Part shown: positions 50,650-63,475 of the stretch, in pieces
Position numbering within the stretch: the first letter of the stretch is position 1
Layout: each line of letters opens with the position of its first letter
Assembly: GCF_006345805.1 (NCBI RefSeq)
Contig: NC_043006.1
Location: forward strand, 81,468,001-81,532,000
Reading direction: 5' to 3'
DNA: 64,000 bases
From: Octopus sinensis
Lineage: Eukaryota
Translations under genes and position numbers: made by a program
Notes under the pieces: model-generated
What the model saw: only the letters and a program-made list of their open reading frames with translations
What the model was told of the DNA's origin: nothing
Databases searched by the model: none

Positions 50650-53600
50650 TACATGTGAGTTCTCTAGACATCCTAGTGTTGAGGCTGATCTGTCCAACTA
50701 AGTCGGACATTGGCCGACTTAGTAAATCTATCCTGGATAGTGTTCTACCCCAAATAACCCCTCTTCCCCCTTCAACCTATGGCTAAGTACGGATGAAGTT
50801 CTAAAATGGTTTAACTCTCTAACTAATACTAGTAGTCTGTCCTTTATTCAGTTCGATATAATAGTTATTACTCTAGTATTTCCCCTATCTTACTCAACAA
50901 ATCACTAATATTTGCCATGAATCGCTCCTCATATCTAAAGAAGAAATCAATATTGTGCTACTAGCTAGGAAGACATTATAGATTTGAAGATAAATTATGG
51001 ACTAGAGCAGATACACCTAATTTTTTTGATATACCATGGGTTCCAGTGATTCGGCTGAGGTAACCAACCTAGTGGGCGCATATCTATTAAAATGCATAAG
51101 CAAGGATATACCAGAAATACAGGGGGGTCTATATAGGGATGATGCTCTGTTTGTTATCCCTAGTAATAATAAATCTGTTATAGAAAGGATTAGAAAGAAA
51201 ATTAATAAGTTCTTTAGGATTTCAACCTCAGTATAACGTATGAACGGGCACTAAAATAGTTAACTTCCTAGATATTACGCTAGACCTTAACTCCAAGCTA
51301 CATTACCCATTTAGAAAGGAAGGCGAAATCACGAATACGTAAATAATTATCAATCATCCCCCAAATATATAGAATCTTTAGTAAGAAATATTTCATTAAG
51401 AATTTCAAAATTATCATCCAATAAGGATATATTTAACTCCCATTCTGAGCATTATAATGAGCGTTAACTAAGGCTGGATACAACCAAAAGATTACATTCG
51501 TTGATAAGGGAACTCACGTATTCCTAATAATGAAGTTATCAGTAATCACGTAAGCAGCAATACAGACCAAGCCCGAAATAAAAGTAGAATTAAATTAATG
51601 GTAAACGCTAATCTAGCGTACAGGCCCAACAATTCAAATAGAAGCTTGACCAGAACATAGGTAACTCGGATAATATTGAAGTAGATAAACCTAAGATGCA
51701 CACAAATAAAAATAAATAATGGTAATAAATACAATAACTCCGGTGAGATGAATAGTAGTAATTCTACGAACCCTAAATTTAATAAAAAGATATATTATGG
51801 CTGAATATCCCTTTCAACTGTGCGATACAATCGGATATACAGAACAAATTCAAAGTAATTCTGGAAAAAATTTCCCTATCTCTCATAGATATCATAGAAT
51901 TATATCTAGGAAAACAGTTAGGATTTCTTATTCAACCCTCCCAATATGTCCACTTTAATAGATAAGATTAATAATAAAAACATTAACTAGCCAGGAAAGA
52001 TAGAAATAAAAATAATAATATCAGCATGAATACCAATAGCAATTATAATAATACTACCGACAATAAAAACAACAATAGTAACTATCAAAACATAGGTGAA
52101 ATTAGTAACCACAGAATGACTAATAACATTAACATTAATAGTAATAATAACAATGCCGATATTAATAGAAGTAATAATGTTTAATAATAGAATAATAGAT
52201 ATAAGGCTAATGGAGAAAATAAGGAGAATGAAAATATCAGTGATATTTATAACAGCAATATGCAGTCGGATAAAAAGACTAACAATAATAGTAACATTAC
52301 CAATAATATAAGAAATCATGGTAGGACTTTAACCTAAATGATGAAGCTGAAGGATCAATAAATAATAGCATACTTTAGATATCAGCACCAACTATAGAAA
52401 TGATAATCAAATAATAGGAACCTAAGGCATCTACCCAAGAATAATCCAAAGCCTGAAGTTGCTCCTCCTGTGTGTAAGTGTAGAATAAAATCAAAATGCC
52501 CGCACCTGGTCTATGTGGGGAAAATAATGTAATCTATAAATGTACCATATCCACGGAGAATAACAAATATCTTTACGTTGGATGTACAATTAATTTTCTA
52601 GCTAGAGTTAGAAATCACATCTCGTCTTTTAAATTACGTCATAAAGCTGGTACCACCACACTTTCAAACAAAATCTGGGAACTCAAAATAATAATAAAAA
52701 TTATAACCTTAATTGGGAAATAGTTAGGAGAGCAATTCCGTATAAAAATAGTAGGGTTGGTTGCCAACTATGCTCCATGGAGACGTATGAAATTCTAAAG
52801 CATAGAAAACATAGAAACTTATTGAATAACCATATCGAACTAGGTCAAGTTTGTGTCCACGCTAAATTGAAGACTTTAAAATATTTTAAATGATTAGAAT
52901 ATTCGTAACTAGATAGATAGATATAACTTGATTTCTACTACTAGTATAGCACTGCTTTAAGTAGATAACTAAGAGTTCTCACACTACAGTTATCTTTTTC
53001 CTTAATCTGCATCAGTTTTTTGAGAACAGGGAAGAATAGTACTTATACGCTGCTTAATTGAGGCTTTATTTAATTTCAAACTCATAATTTTTAATTCTTA
53101 ATTTTAAATCTTAATTGTAATTTTAATTTTAATTCCTAACTTAATCTAATTTAAGTAGCATAACTCTAATAAAATAAAATGAGATACTATAGCCCCATAA
53201 TTCTATTTCAAAATTAAATAAATAAGGCTACCCCCCGGTGATAATATGATTATCTTCATTATGATAGACAATCCCATAACACCTTGTAAATGATCTTCTA
53301 AGATTTGACCTGTAGTCCGTCAATGTATGAATAATAACGGCAACTCCTTAAGACAATAAAATGATAAATTAAATAAGTAAGTTTTATTGTCTTTTTGATA
53401 AGATTATACTTAGATTTTCCTAATGTATTTTCTTTTGATTTTAGCATCTGACCCCTAAACCCCTGACTGTGTTATCTCTTTAGATTCTCTTTAAATTCAT
53501 AGCTGATTTCAACAGCAATAAATTAGCTGTTTTACTGGCCAAGAATAATATTCTCCTCTAGTTCCTAGATGCCTGTAAATTAAAACCAGACTTGCCGTCT

Positions 53601-54370
53601 ACTAATTCTTCTTGTTAACTAGAACCCTCTTTTTATTTTTTTATTTCTTCCCTTCTTTCCCTATTTCTTTCTCTCTTTTCTCTTTTTTCTGTTTCTTCTT
53701 CTTATTTTCTTTTTCTTTCTCTTCTCTTTTAGTCCCCTTCCCCCCCTTCCCCCCCTTTTTTTGCTCCCTCCTCCTCCTTTATTTTCTCTCTTTTCTTCTA
53801 TCCCCTTCCCTTTCTATTCTTGCCTCTCTAGAAAGCCCTTCAGCCTTTAAAAGTTAAATAGCTACAGCCTCTTGTAAATAGCAGTAATGTGATTAATGTG
53901 GCAATACCTAATCATATAACAAGAATTGATACCTACCTCATTGTGTTCAACCATTGATAAATTTATCGCCTGTGAATATGAAATCCCTCTTCATTTCTCT
54001 GGAAACTTACATCTACAACATTGGAAATTGTGCATCTATACAAAGGATTAATTCACCCTCTCTGTAATGCTAATAAGCAGGAATTGAGACCCACCTCGTT
54101 GTGATTAACAATGGATAAATTTGTCTTCTGTGAGTATGTAATCCCTCATCATATCTCTGGAAATTCATATGTGCTCTATGGATTAGGTCACCTTCTCTGT
54201 GATGCTATTAGAACTTTTTTAAAATTCTGTTTTAAAATTCTGTGATAAGACTGTACATCATCTTTAAAGAACTTTAATGAACTTTGGAAATCTGTTTATG
54301 TTACTTAATTATCTACATTACTTCATGAGTATAGCCTCAACCACTAGGATGTCTAGAGAACTCACATGTA

Positions 54371-54459
54371 TTTAGCTGATGAGTACGGGACACGTTTATA
54401 TGCTGTAATTTTTACAACTTTTAATAAAGCCTGTCCTTGTATGAAACGATCGTACTAAA
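54371..54459 (+). ncRNA. Type-I hammerhead ribozyme in the 3' pLTR
   Basis: TTTAG-CTGATGA-GTACGGGACA..(~40 nt loop)..TGTCCTTGTAT-GAAAC GATC GTA-CTAAA. Intact core, palindromic stem III ACGATCGT, GUA triplet ending at 54454. Confidence 0.8.
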
Positions 54460-55337
54460 AACCTATCCATTCTTGTTGCTTCTTTCTCGCTTATAATCAC
54501 CCCACATTACTGTATTTTAAAACAGTATAGTTTTTTTTGGTGCATCTAAGTTAGGTACCATATTCAAGTAAATTCATTTAATTAACTTGAATCTTTATTG
54601 CTTTTTATATATATATATATATATATATAAATATATATAATATATATATACACACACAGAATGACAAGCATATTAAAAGGTGTCTGTCGGAAAACTCATT
54701 TAAATAAGGGTAGGAACCACTGTTGGGAAACACTGTAAAAAGGCTGGGAACCACAAGCATAAGAATAAGTTCGAAGTGCCGAAATGCCTGTCTAGTACTA
54801 TAATTTTTTTCATTCCCAAATGGGACAAAACCACCCAAGCTAAAAATTGCTACCCAATAGCTTGTCACAACGTCAGTATGACGTTCCAACTTTTGCACAA
54901 GACCAGCAATTTTAGGGGAGAGGCAATTCGATATCATCAATCCTAGTGCTAATTGGTATATTGTATTGACCCAGAAGGATGAAAGGCAAAGTCGACTTCG
55001 GTGAAATTTGAACTCAGATCGTAAAGAGGCGGAAGAAAAACGACTAAGCATTTTCTCCGATGTGCTAATGAGTTTACCAACTAGCCGCTCTAACTGCCAG
55101 CATTATAATTCTTTCTACTGTAGGTACAGGGCTTGAAATTATGGGGGAGGAACTAATCGTTTATATCGGTCTCAGCACTCAAGTGGTACTTATTTTATCG
55201 ACCCTGAGAGGATGAAATGCAAAGACGACCTCTGCAGAATTTGAAATCAAAACGGAAAGACGGACGAAACGGTAATTATTTAAAACAATTAAACCAAAAC
55301 ATACAAAAGAGAAACAGACAGACAGACAGACAGATAT

Positions 55338-55446
<109 letters not shown>

Positions 55447-55603
55447 CGGACAGACAGAGGGGGAAGAGAAGAGGAGGGGGAGAGACTTACATATAGACGG
55501 AGATAGCTAACAGACAGGCATTTCGTGGGTGGTACCCACATGGATACACACGTCTCCACCAGATGCAAGCAAGCACATTTATACAGACAGACAGATAGGT
55601 AGG

Positions 55604-55653
<50 letters not shown>

Positions 55654-56217
55654 CATATATGTATGTATGTAATGTAGGAATTACAATAAACACAAGTTTA
55701 TATTATTAGTAGTCCCAACGTACGTTTCTCCATTATGGTTGTTTGGGACCCTGCATTGGATCTTTCAAGTGCATTTGGATGCTTAACCAAAACAGATCTT
55801 CAGGAAACATTTTATTGTATTGTTGCATTGATTCACAGACAACTAATCTATTTGTGCACAAAGACACACTACATCCATCCACCCATCCATCCATCCATAC
55901 ATACATACATACATACATACACGTAAAGCGACTAACCACGTCTTGAGTATTGAGTGTGTATATTCTAATGCATGTATTGGGTCCCTCTCTCCCCCTGTCT
56001 TACAAACCCAAACACATACATGTATACATGCATCGTATGATTGTGTATGTGCGTACGTATACGCCTGAGTGTATTTGTGTGTGTATGTGTGTATCTACGT
56101 GTGTGAGAGAGAGAGTGTGTAGTTGTTTGTTTGTTTGTGTGTGTGTGTGTGTGTGTGTGCAGAAAGGTTTGAATAGTGTGCGCGTATATTAAGAAAAAGA
56201 AACTAATACGGAATATG

Positions 56218-56498
56218 TGGAGGCGCAATGGCCCAGTGGTTAGGTCAGTGGACTCGCGGTCGGAGGATCGCGGTTTCGTTTACCAGACCCGGCGTTGTGT
56301 GTGTTTATTGAGCGAAAACACCGAAAAATTCCACGAGGCGACCCCTGTTGTACTCTTTCGCCCCAAATTTCTCTCACTCTCTCTTCCTGTTTCTTGAGTA
56401 ACTGTGCGAAGGATTGGCGTCCCGTCCAGCTGGGGGGAACCCATAGAAACCGGGAAACCGGGCCCATGAGCCTGGCTAGGCTTGAAAAGGGCGAAGAG
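56218..56498 (+). mobile_element. SINE with a family D head and a family C tail
   Basis: 13-bp TSD AATACGGAATATG at 56205-56217 and 56499-56511; tail GAAACCGGGAAACCGGGCCCATGAGCCTGG as in family C. Confidence 0.85.
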
Positions 56499-57423
56499 AA
56501 TACGGAATATGAAGTAATATTTATCTCAGAATTGCAAAGATCAAATTTTATACCAATGACCAAAGGTTTTTGTTTTCAGATTCGTCAGATCGTTGAATAA
56601 TTTGCAAGAATCCAGGTATATTTTTATGAAAGAGGAATTTATGTAATGAATATAGCGTGCATTGTTTGTGGTTGATGGTGTTGATAATTGGGTGGGATTG
56701 AGAGGTATTGAGATTAAGATTTCAGGGTCCTTGACAAGGCGAGAATAATAAATGAGTGTATAACTGGTAGGATGATTGATTATGTTTGGCGCTTTGCGTG
56801 TATGACTGAAGAATAGAGGCGAAAGAGATGGTTTGCTAATAGGTAAAGAATGGAGTTAACTCGTGTAATTAAGCGTTTAGATAAACGATGGGATGTTTGC
56901 AGGTAACTGAACCGTAGATAATATTTCAGCCGTGAGTTAGCATACGTGTTGAAGTATTAAGTATATTGGTGAACATAAGAATGGCTACAGCAATGTGAAT
57001 ACATGCAGATAAATCTTATTTTTTCCTTCTGTCCTAGAGTTCATTCCTCTAAGTACCCCGGATCCTATATATCAATGCGACCAATATATTTTATCAATCA
57101 GTCCGTCTGATTTGGTGGCCTATCACAAGGTTCGCTGAATCCAGAAGGGATCGGATTCGCGCTACGAGGAGGTTGGTGATAAAAAGTAGAATTTGCTCTC
57201 AAAACGCTATGAGTTTTTGAGATACTGCAAGGAAGCCTGTCTGAAGCTCCAGAAATTCTGTCGAATTCTTTTAAAAAACTGCCCTGATCTGGTACTTTAA
57301 ACAAAAACCTCAAAAAACAAAAACCAAAAAATAATTATTAAAGGACCCCTAGTGAAGGAGCAGACCTATAACAAACGCAATCACATACGTTAAGCAGCCT
57401 TCTAATGACTCTGCTAATACACC

Positions 57424-57655
57424 TATTTCTTTACTACCCACAAGGGGCTAGACACAGAGGGGACAAACAAGGACAGACACGGATTAAGTCGGTTATATCG
57501 ACCCCAGTGCGTAACTGGTAATTATTTAATCGACCCTGAAAGGATGAAAGGCAAAGTCGACCTCGGCGGAATTTGAACTCAGAACGTAGCGGCAGGCGAA
57601 ATACCGCTAAGCATTTCGCCATGCGTGCTAACGTTTCTGCCAGCTCGCCACCTTA
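57424..57655 (-). mobile_element. SINE family A
   Basis: Full-length reverse-complement copy; imperfect TSD GCTAATAYACC. Confidence 0.9.
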
Positions 57656-58066
57656 TCTCGCTAATATACCACCTTGTAGATTATACTCAATAATTTAAAA
57701 TATCACAGAAAATACCGACGGCTGTCTTTTTGGTGGGATTATCCATTTATGACCGTCACTCATAAAGGACTACGATCAGGTAGCATGTACCTTGATTTTG
57801 CTAATCATTTCAGGTGTTTATGTAATCGTTAGTAGACACACACGCCCTCTGGGTCCTCCTCTTCTTGACACAGTGGTACGTTTAGGATGTGACACTGGGA
57901 AAGAGAGAAGCACAAGGGTGATGAGGCAGTACTCATTTCCTCATTTTCGATAGAGTAGGCTAGTGTAAGATGAAATGAAATAACTTGCTTAACGGCACAA
58001 TGCACCACCCGGACCAGAAAGTGAACCCACGACCGGGTCATCGAGACCCTAACGGTAAGAAAGAAA

Positions 58067-58130
<64 letters not shown>

Positions 58131-58494
58131 GAAAGAAAGAGAGAGAAAGAAAGGGTTAGAATAGATTCATATGAAGTATATACGCATGAGTATATATCAA
58201 TGAATATAATTGTGCATTTGTGTGTGTATGTGTGTGTGTGTATGTGTGCTTGAGTGTTTCTGTGTGAATGCGTGTGTGGTGTTATTGTGTGTGTTTGTGT
58301 GTACGTAAATGTAAATAAAGTAAATAGTGTTTTTATTATAACATCAGAAATTACATACTTTTTACAGGCGGTTCTCTGCCATATACAATTATAGTTTGCG
58401 CTACGGTAACTCTTACAAAGACGGTTACATACATGCATACATACATACATACATACACAGGCACTCACACACCACAAACACACATATGCACACA

Positions 58495-58537
<43 letters not shown>

Positions 58538-58541
58538 ATAT

Positions 58542-58597
<56 letters not shown>

Positions 58598-58736
58598 CGT
58601 GTGTATGTGTGTGAGTGTGTGAAGGTGCATGGCTCAGTGGTTAGAGCGTCGAACTTACAATCGTCAGGTTGTGAATTCGTTGCTCCAGTTAACTCAGCTG
58701 TAGATACATACATACATACATACATACATACATACA

Positions 58737-58814
<78 letters not shown>

Positions 58815-58817
58815 TAC

Positions 58818-58848
<31 letters not shown>

Positions 58849-58920
58849 CATATTATATATATATATATAATATATATATACATATATATATAAATATATA
58901 TATATATATACATATCTTAT

Positions 58921-58961
<41 letters not shown>

Positions 58962-59014
58962 AATATATATATAATTATAAATATATATATAAATATATAT
59001 ATAAATATATATAA

Positions 59015-59143
59015 TAATTCTCTAAAAGAGATATAGACAGTAACTGCTCGATAACATAAGGGACTAAAGCCATCTGAATATGGCCCCCCACCACCCTGCC
59101 CTGTCCCTAGCCATATTCAGATGGCTTTAGTCCCTTATGTTAT
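59015..59143. repeat. Foldback element in (TA)n: perfect 34-bp arms (59051-59084 / 59110-59143), 25-nt C-rich loop, short unpaired tail
   Basis: ATAACATAAGGGACTAAAGCCATCTGAATATGGC / GCCATATTCAGATGGCTTTAGTCCCTTATGTTAT. Confidence 0.9.
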
Positions 59144-59163
59144 AAATATATATATAAATATAT

Positions 59164-59208
<45 letters not shown>

Positions 59209-60166
59209 ATTTAGTCAACAGATGAGACTCAGAGATTCTCAGTATAGAAGGTATTAATAGTGTTGAAATGATTGAAACTTGTACTCCGATGTCTTCACAG
59301 GTGATCAAACCCACGGGGTAGAAAAAAAGGCTATAAGGGCGATCAAGTTGAGCAGATATGGAGGTGACTATGCGGATACACGAATCTGATATATTAAATA
59401 TAACTGTTTGGATATGTAATACGAATGTATATATTTACAGACCTAGATAGCTAGATTGATAGATAGTATAAGATAGATAGATAGTATAAGATAGTATAAG
59501 CTGAAGTCACCCAAAATGGTGGAAATATATGAATTAACATGCACGAAAAACCCCAAGTGGCTACTGTTGTCCTTGTTGTTTAGCCAAAGGGAGTTCTACG
59601 ACCAAAGTCCTTCCACCTTGTAACCATCCTATTCCTTTATTTACTCATCGACATTTATTACCACTCAAACATGGATGTTCTATTAGAACAAGCTATATTA
59701 CAGCAGTTACCATGAGAGAAACTCTTCATATAGGCTTTTGCTGCAAAATGCACCAAAATCCACCCACCACTACCTCCAGCACCGATACCACTAGATCACG
59801 CGATTTCGACTTTCCTTGGCTTTATCAATGATGGGTGCTCGACAGTTAGATATAGTACCGATATATTTAATTACAATGCCAGAACAGGCACTGTTGTCAC
59901 GAATAACCAGTGGTCTTGTCGAAAATATATATATTATCGACAGAAGCAATATTAATACTGAGAGGTAATTTTTATACGCACTTAAACATGTATGTTCTTT
60001 CAGAAGAAACTATACTACAGTTGTTACCATGAGAGAAATTCTTATGTTACATTTTGGTGCATCGGTATTTTTGGTGTGTTACACTTAGCCCAACACCCCT
60101 ATCACGGTGCTATATAAACTCCAATATATTAAATGTTTTCTCACAACATATCTATAAGAAAATAAA

Positions 60167-60412
60167 GCGGCGAACTGGCAGAAACGTTAGCACGCCGGGC
60201 GAAATGCGTAGCCGTTAGCACGTCGGGCGAAATGCGTAGCCGTATTTCGTCTGCCGTTACGTTCTGAGTTCAAATTCCGCCGAGGTCGACTTTGCCTTTC
60301 ATCCTTTCGGGATCGATAAATTAAGTACCAGTTATGCACTGGGGTCGATATAATCGACTTAATCCGTTTGTTTGTCCTCTCTGTGTTTAGCCCCTTGTGG
60401 GTAGTAAAGAAA
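60167..60412 (+). mobile_element. SINE family A with a short internal head duplication
   Basis: CGTTAGCACGYCGGGCGAAATGCGTAGC is repeated twice. Confidence 0.9.
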
Positions 60413-60489
60413 TGGCTATAGTTAGCCCGACACCAACCAATGCGCCTCATTAAAATAAAGGTGGAGGCCTGTATTGATTCGTAACTTTC

Positions 60490-60736
60490 TTCTCACTCGT
60501 TTCAGTCGTTAGACTGCGGCCATGCTGGGACACAATCTTGAACAAGTTTTTTTTTTTAGTCGAATGAATTGTCCCCTGATACTTATTCTATCGGTCTCTT
60601 TTGCCAGCATGCTATGTTATTGGGACGTAAGCACACCAACACTGGTTGTCAAGCGATGGCGGGGAAAAACAAGACACAATGACACACACACACACACACA
60701 CATACGCACACACACATACATACACACATATATATA
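60490..60736 (-). mobile_element. SINE family B 3' half
   Basis: Tail and microsatellite are present; cut by the mariner insertion. Confidence 0.75.
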
Positions 60737-61015
60737 TTGGGTCATCCCATAAATAATGTGGTTTTTTCAATTGCATGAACTAAAAGTCGGAGGGGGACGG
60801 GATAAACTACCTGCATCAATTTGCTATAAAAGCAATTAGTAATTTTACTTTATCCTTATTCTTGGTGCAGGTTTTTAAGGATGCAGTTCAATTTTAACAG
60901 TTATTTTTTCAAAGTTATAATGGAAGTGACAAAGGAGTATATTCGGCATATTTTGCTTTATGAGTTCAATAAAGGCAACAAGGCAACGGAAAGTGCGAGG
61001 TATATTAAAGCAGTA

Positions 61016-61700
61016 AAAGAGCATGAAAATGAATGAAATGAAGACGAAGTATCTGGTAGAGAACTTTAAGAAGCCAGAGAAGAATATGAATGTTGACGGG
61101 AGCCACTAGATTTGGTTGAAGAGTTCTTGTATCTGGGAGCAAAGACTTGGAACACTGAGGGTGATATAATTGAGAAGAGTAAAGCCTGGGCGGCATGCCA
61201 CAGTTTGAGATCTGTATGGAAGTTCGGATCTTCGTAAAGACCTGAAGATCCGTCTCTTCGTCGCAGCAGTGGAGTCTGTGTTATTGTACGGGTCTGACAC
61301 TTGGACACTGACCAAAAAACTCACTCAGATGGTGGATGGGTGCTATACGAGAATCCTGACGATGGCCCTGAACATTAATCAGTATACACTGAGTATGAAG
61401 ACCTCAAAACGGTACGAGAGTCTCCCAACAGTTCGCTCGAAAATAACAAAGAGGTGACTGAGATTAGCTGGACATGCTCACCATCATTCAGAGTTAATAC
61501 TGCACTCAGTGCGCCTGTGGGAAATCGTACACAGACACACTAGAGGAGGGAGACCGAGAATGGCATATGTTGATGCCCTCAGAACAGCCACTGGTCACTG
61601 GGAAACACAGGACATGGCAGCGATTATGAGGGACAATAACCGCTGGAGAGAACTCGTCCATGGATCTCGGGAATTCCACCCGCCCTAGATAGATAGATAG

Positions 61701-61750
<50 letters not shown>
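61016..61750 (+). mobile_element. RTE-like LINE 3' fragment ending in (GATA)n
   Basis: KIRLFVAAVESVLLYGSDTWTL...LRLAGH...RGGRPR...NRWR, then a stop directly followed by (GATA)n. Confidence 0.85.
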
Positions 61751-62087
61751 TGTTTCTTTATTAGCCACACAGAGCTACACACAGACGGGACAAATTACAA
61801 GGTAGAGCTTTTCTTTTTGGGGATAAAAAAGGGGGTTTGGTTTTCGATCAAAAGGGATCGTAAAAGGAAAGAAAGAGGAAAGCAAAAAAAGGGGTGGATA
61901 AAAAATAAAAGGAAAAAGAAAAAATCGATAAATCGGGATCATTATCACAGAAATGTCAATATAAAGTGTAAAGGGGAGGACAGATGAGGTTTACCCGTGG
62001 AAAGAAAAGCCAACGGAAAAGACCACGGTAACCTCGGTCAATAAAGTCACATGTTATATTTTTTTACAAATAAGCAACTCTCTGTAC
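61751..62087 (-). mobile_element. Tx1/L1-like LINE 3' UTR in (GATA)n (copy 3)
   Basis: Same terminus TGTTTCTTTATTAGCCACAC as at 44963 and 45482. Confidence 0.8.
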
Positions 62088-62122
<35 letters not shown>

Positions 62123-62987
62123 TATAGATAGATAGATAGATAGATATGGGGGTCACAAAATAAGCGTAAGTCAGTGTTAAAGGTGGTTCCAGAAATTCCG
62201 AGCCGGAAACTACAGCCATGAAGACAAGCCTCGTCCTGGAAAATCTGTAGAGCTCGACGAGGATGTCCTTCAAACCCTGACGGAACAAAATCCCATCGTA
62301 ACTGTTGAAGAAATCGCAGAGAAGCTTGGATTTGATCATTCATACAGGCATTCAAGACAGTGCTAGAAGAAAAAATTCCATCTTTGGTTTCAAGACAAAA
62401 AGTATTCTTTCTTCAGGATTACGCTTGACTACATACAGCGAAGATGACGTTCCAAAGGCTGGAGCAGTTTGAATGGGAAACGATGCCTCACGCACCATAT
62501 ACGCTGGACATTGCTCCATCTGATTATCATTTATTCCACAGTCTTCAAATTCCTTTGGACAGAAAAAATATGAAATCTGTAGACGAGGTCAGAACAGTAC
62601 TGGAGGAGTATTTTTCGTCACGGACAAGTAAACTTTGAAAGAGGGGCCTTTCAAGTTTTCCAGATAGATGGAAAAGAATTGTAGAAAATGAATGAGAGTA
62701 TATTTTAGATTTAAAAAAAGAAGGTTGTTTATTCTAATTTTTAAAAATAAAAGTATCAAAAAATAGCATTATTTATGGGATGATCCAATATATATATATA
62801 TATACAAAATGGGACAAGAACGCAAAACATCCGGACAGATAGGTGATACAAAAATGGGACAACAAAACATCCAGATAGACGATACAAAGAAAACAAGAAC
62901 GGGTCATTCGAAGTTTTCTTTCCTCAGTCGAGTTCCAGATTATCTTCGCAATTTCAGCTAATAACAACAACAACAACAATAATAATG

Positions 62988-63045
<58 letters not shown>

Positions 63046-63051
63046 TATTAA

Positions 63052-63321
63052 TACTCTTTTACTTGTTTTAGTCATGTGACTGTGGCCATGTTGGAGCACC
63101 GCCTTTAGTCGAACAAATTGACCCCCAGGACTTATTCTTTGTAAGCCTAGTACTTATTCTATCGGTCTCTTTTGCCGAACCGCTAAGTACGGGGGAAGGT
63201 CGTAATCACACCACGGTTGTCAAGTGATGTTGGAGGGACAACACAGACACACAAACATATATGCACACCAACACACACACACACCACACACACACCACAC
63301 ACACACACACTATATATATAT

Positions 63322-63366
<45 letters not shown>

Positions 63367-63428
63367 ACGGTCTTCTTTCAGTTTCCGTGTACCAAATCCA
63401 CTCACAAGGCTTTGGTCGGCCTGAGGCT

Positions 63429-63430
<2 letters not shown>
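63052..63430 (-). mobile_element. SINE family B, head truncated by (GATA)n
   Basis: Tail, microsatellite and body match family B. Confidence 0.85.

Positions 63431-63475
<45 letters not shown>

Larger units (their letters stand above)
50530..54606 (+). mobile_element. Penelope-like retroelement, Naiad-type (5'-truncated RT + C-terminal GIY-YIG), with inverted 5' pLTR
   Basis: RLICPTKSDIGRLSK, FIQFDI, MGSSDSAEVTNLVG, GLYRDD, VNFLDITLDL (RT); CKCRIKSKC, VIYKC..YVG..RVRNH, CQLC, LLN..EL..CVH (GIY-YIG), stop at 52891-52893. 50530-50686 is the reverse complement of 54333-54490. (TA)n at both ends. Many frameshifts. Confidence 0.88.
60737..62788 (+). mobile_element. Mariner (DD34D-type) transposon with nested insertions
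   Basis: TIRs TTGGGTCATCCCATAAATAATG / CATTATTTATGGGATGATCCAA flanked by TA. Transposase MEVTKEYIRHILLYEF (60920) ... RWFQKFRAG ... PHAPYTLDIAPSDYHLF; interrupted at 61016-62144. Confidence 0.92.

Noticed and set aside
52470-53400. Selenocysteine recoding / SECIS as reported for some Naiad elements
   Set aside because: The conserved Cys positions I could read are TGT/TGC rather than TGA, and I see no convincing SECIS hairpin.
59693-60061. Diverged ~55-bp direct repeat (GTTACCATGAGAGAAA core)
   Set aside because: Real but short and old; no structure or element could be attached to it.
62803-62958. Hammerhead-like CTGAGGA-AAG AAAA CTT-CGAAT on the minus strand, beside a short tandem repeat
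   Set aside because: Lacks GAAA and convincing stems I and III; may be a repeat remnant but is not supportable as a ribozyme.
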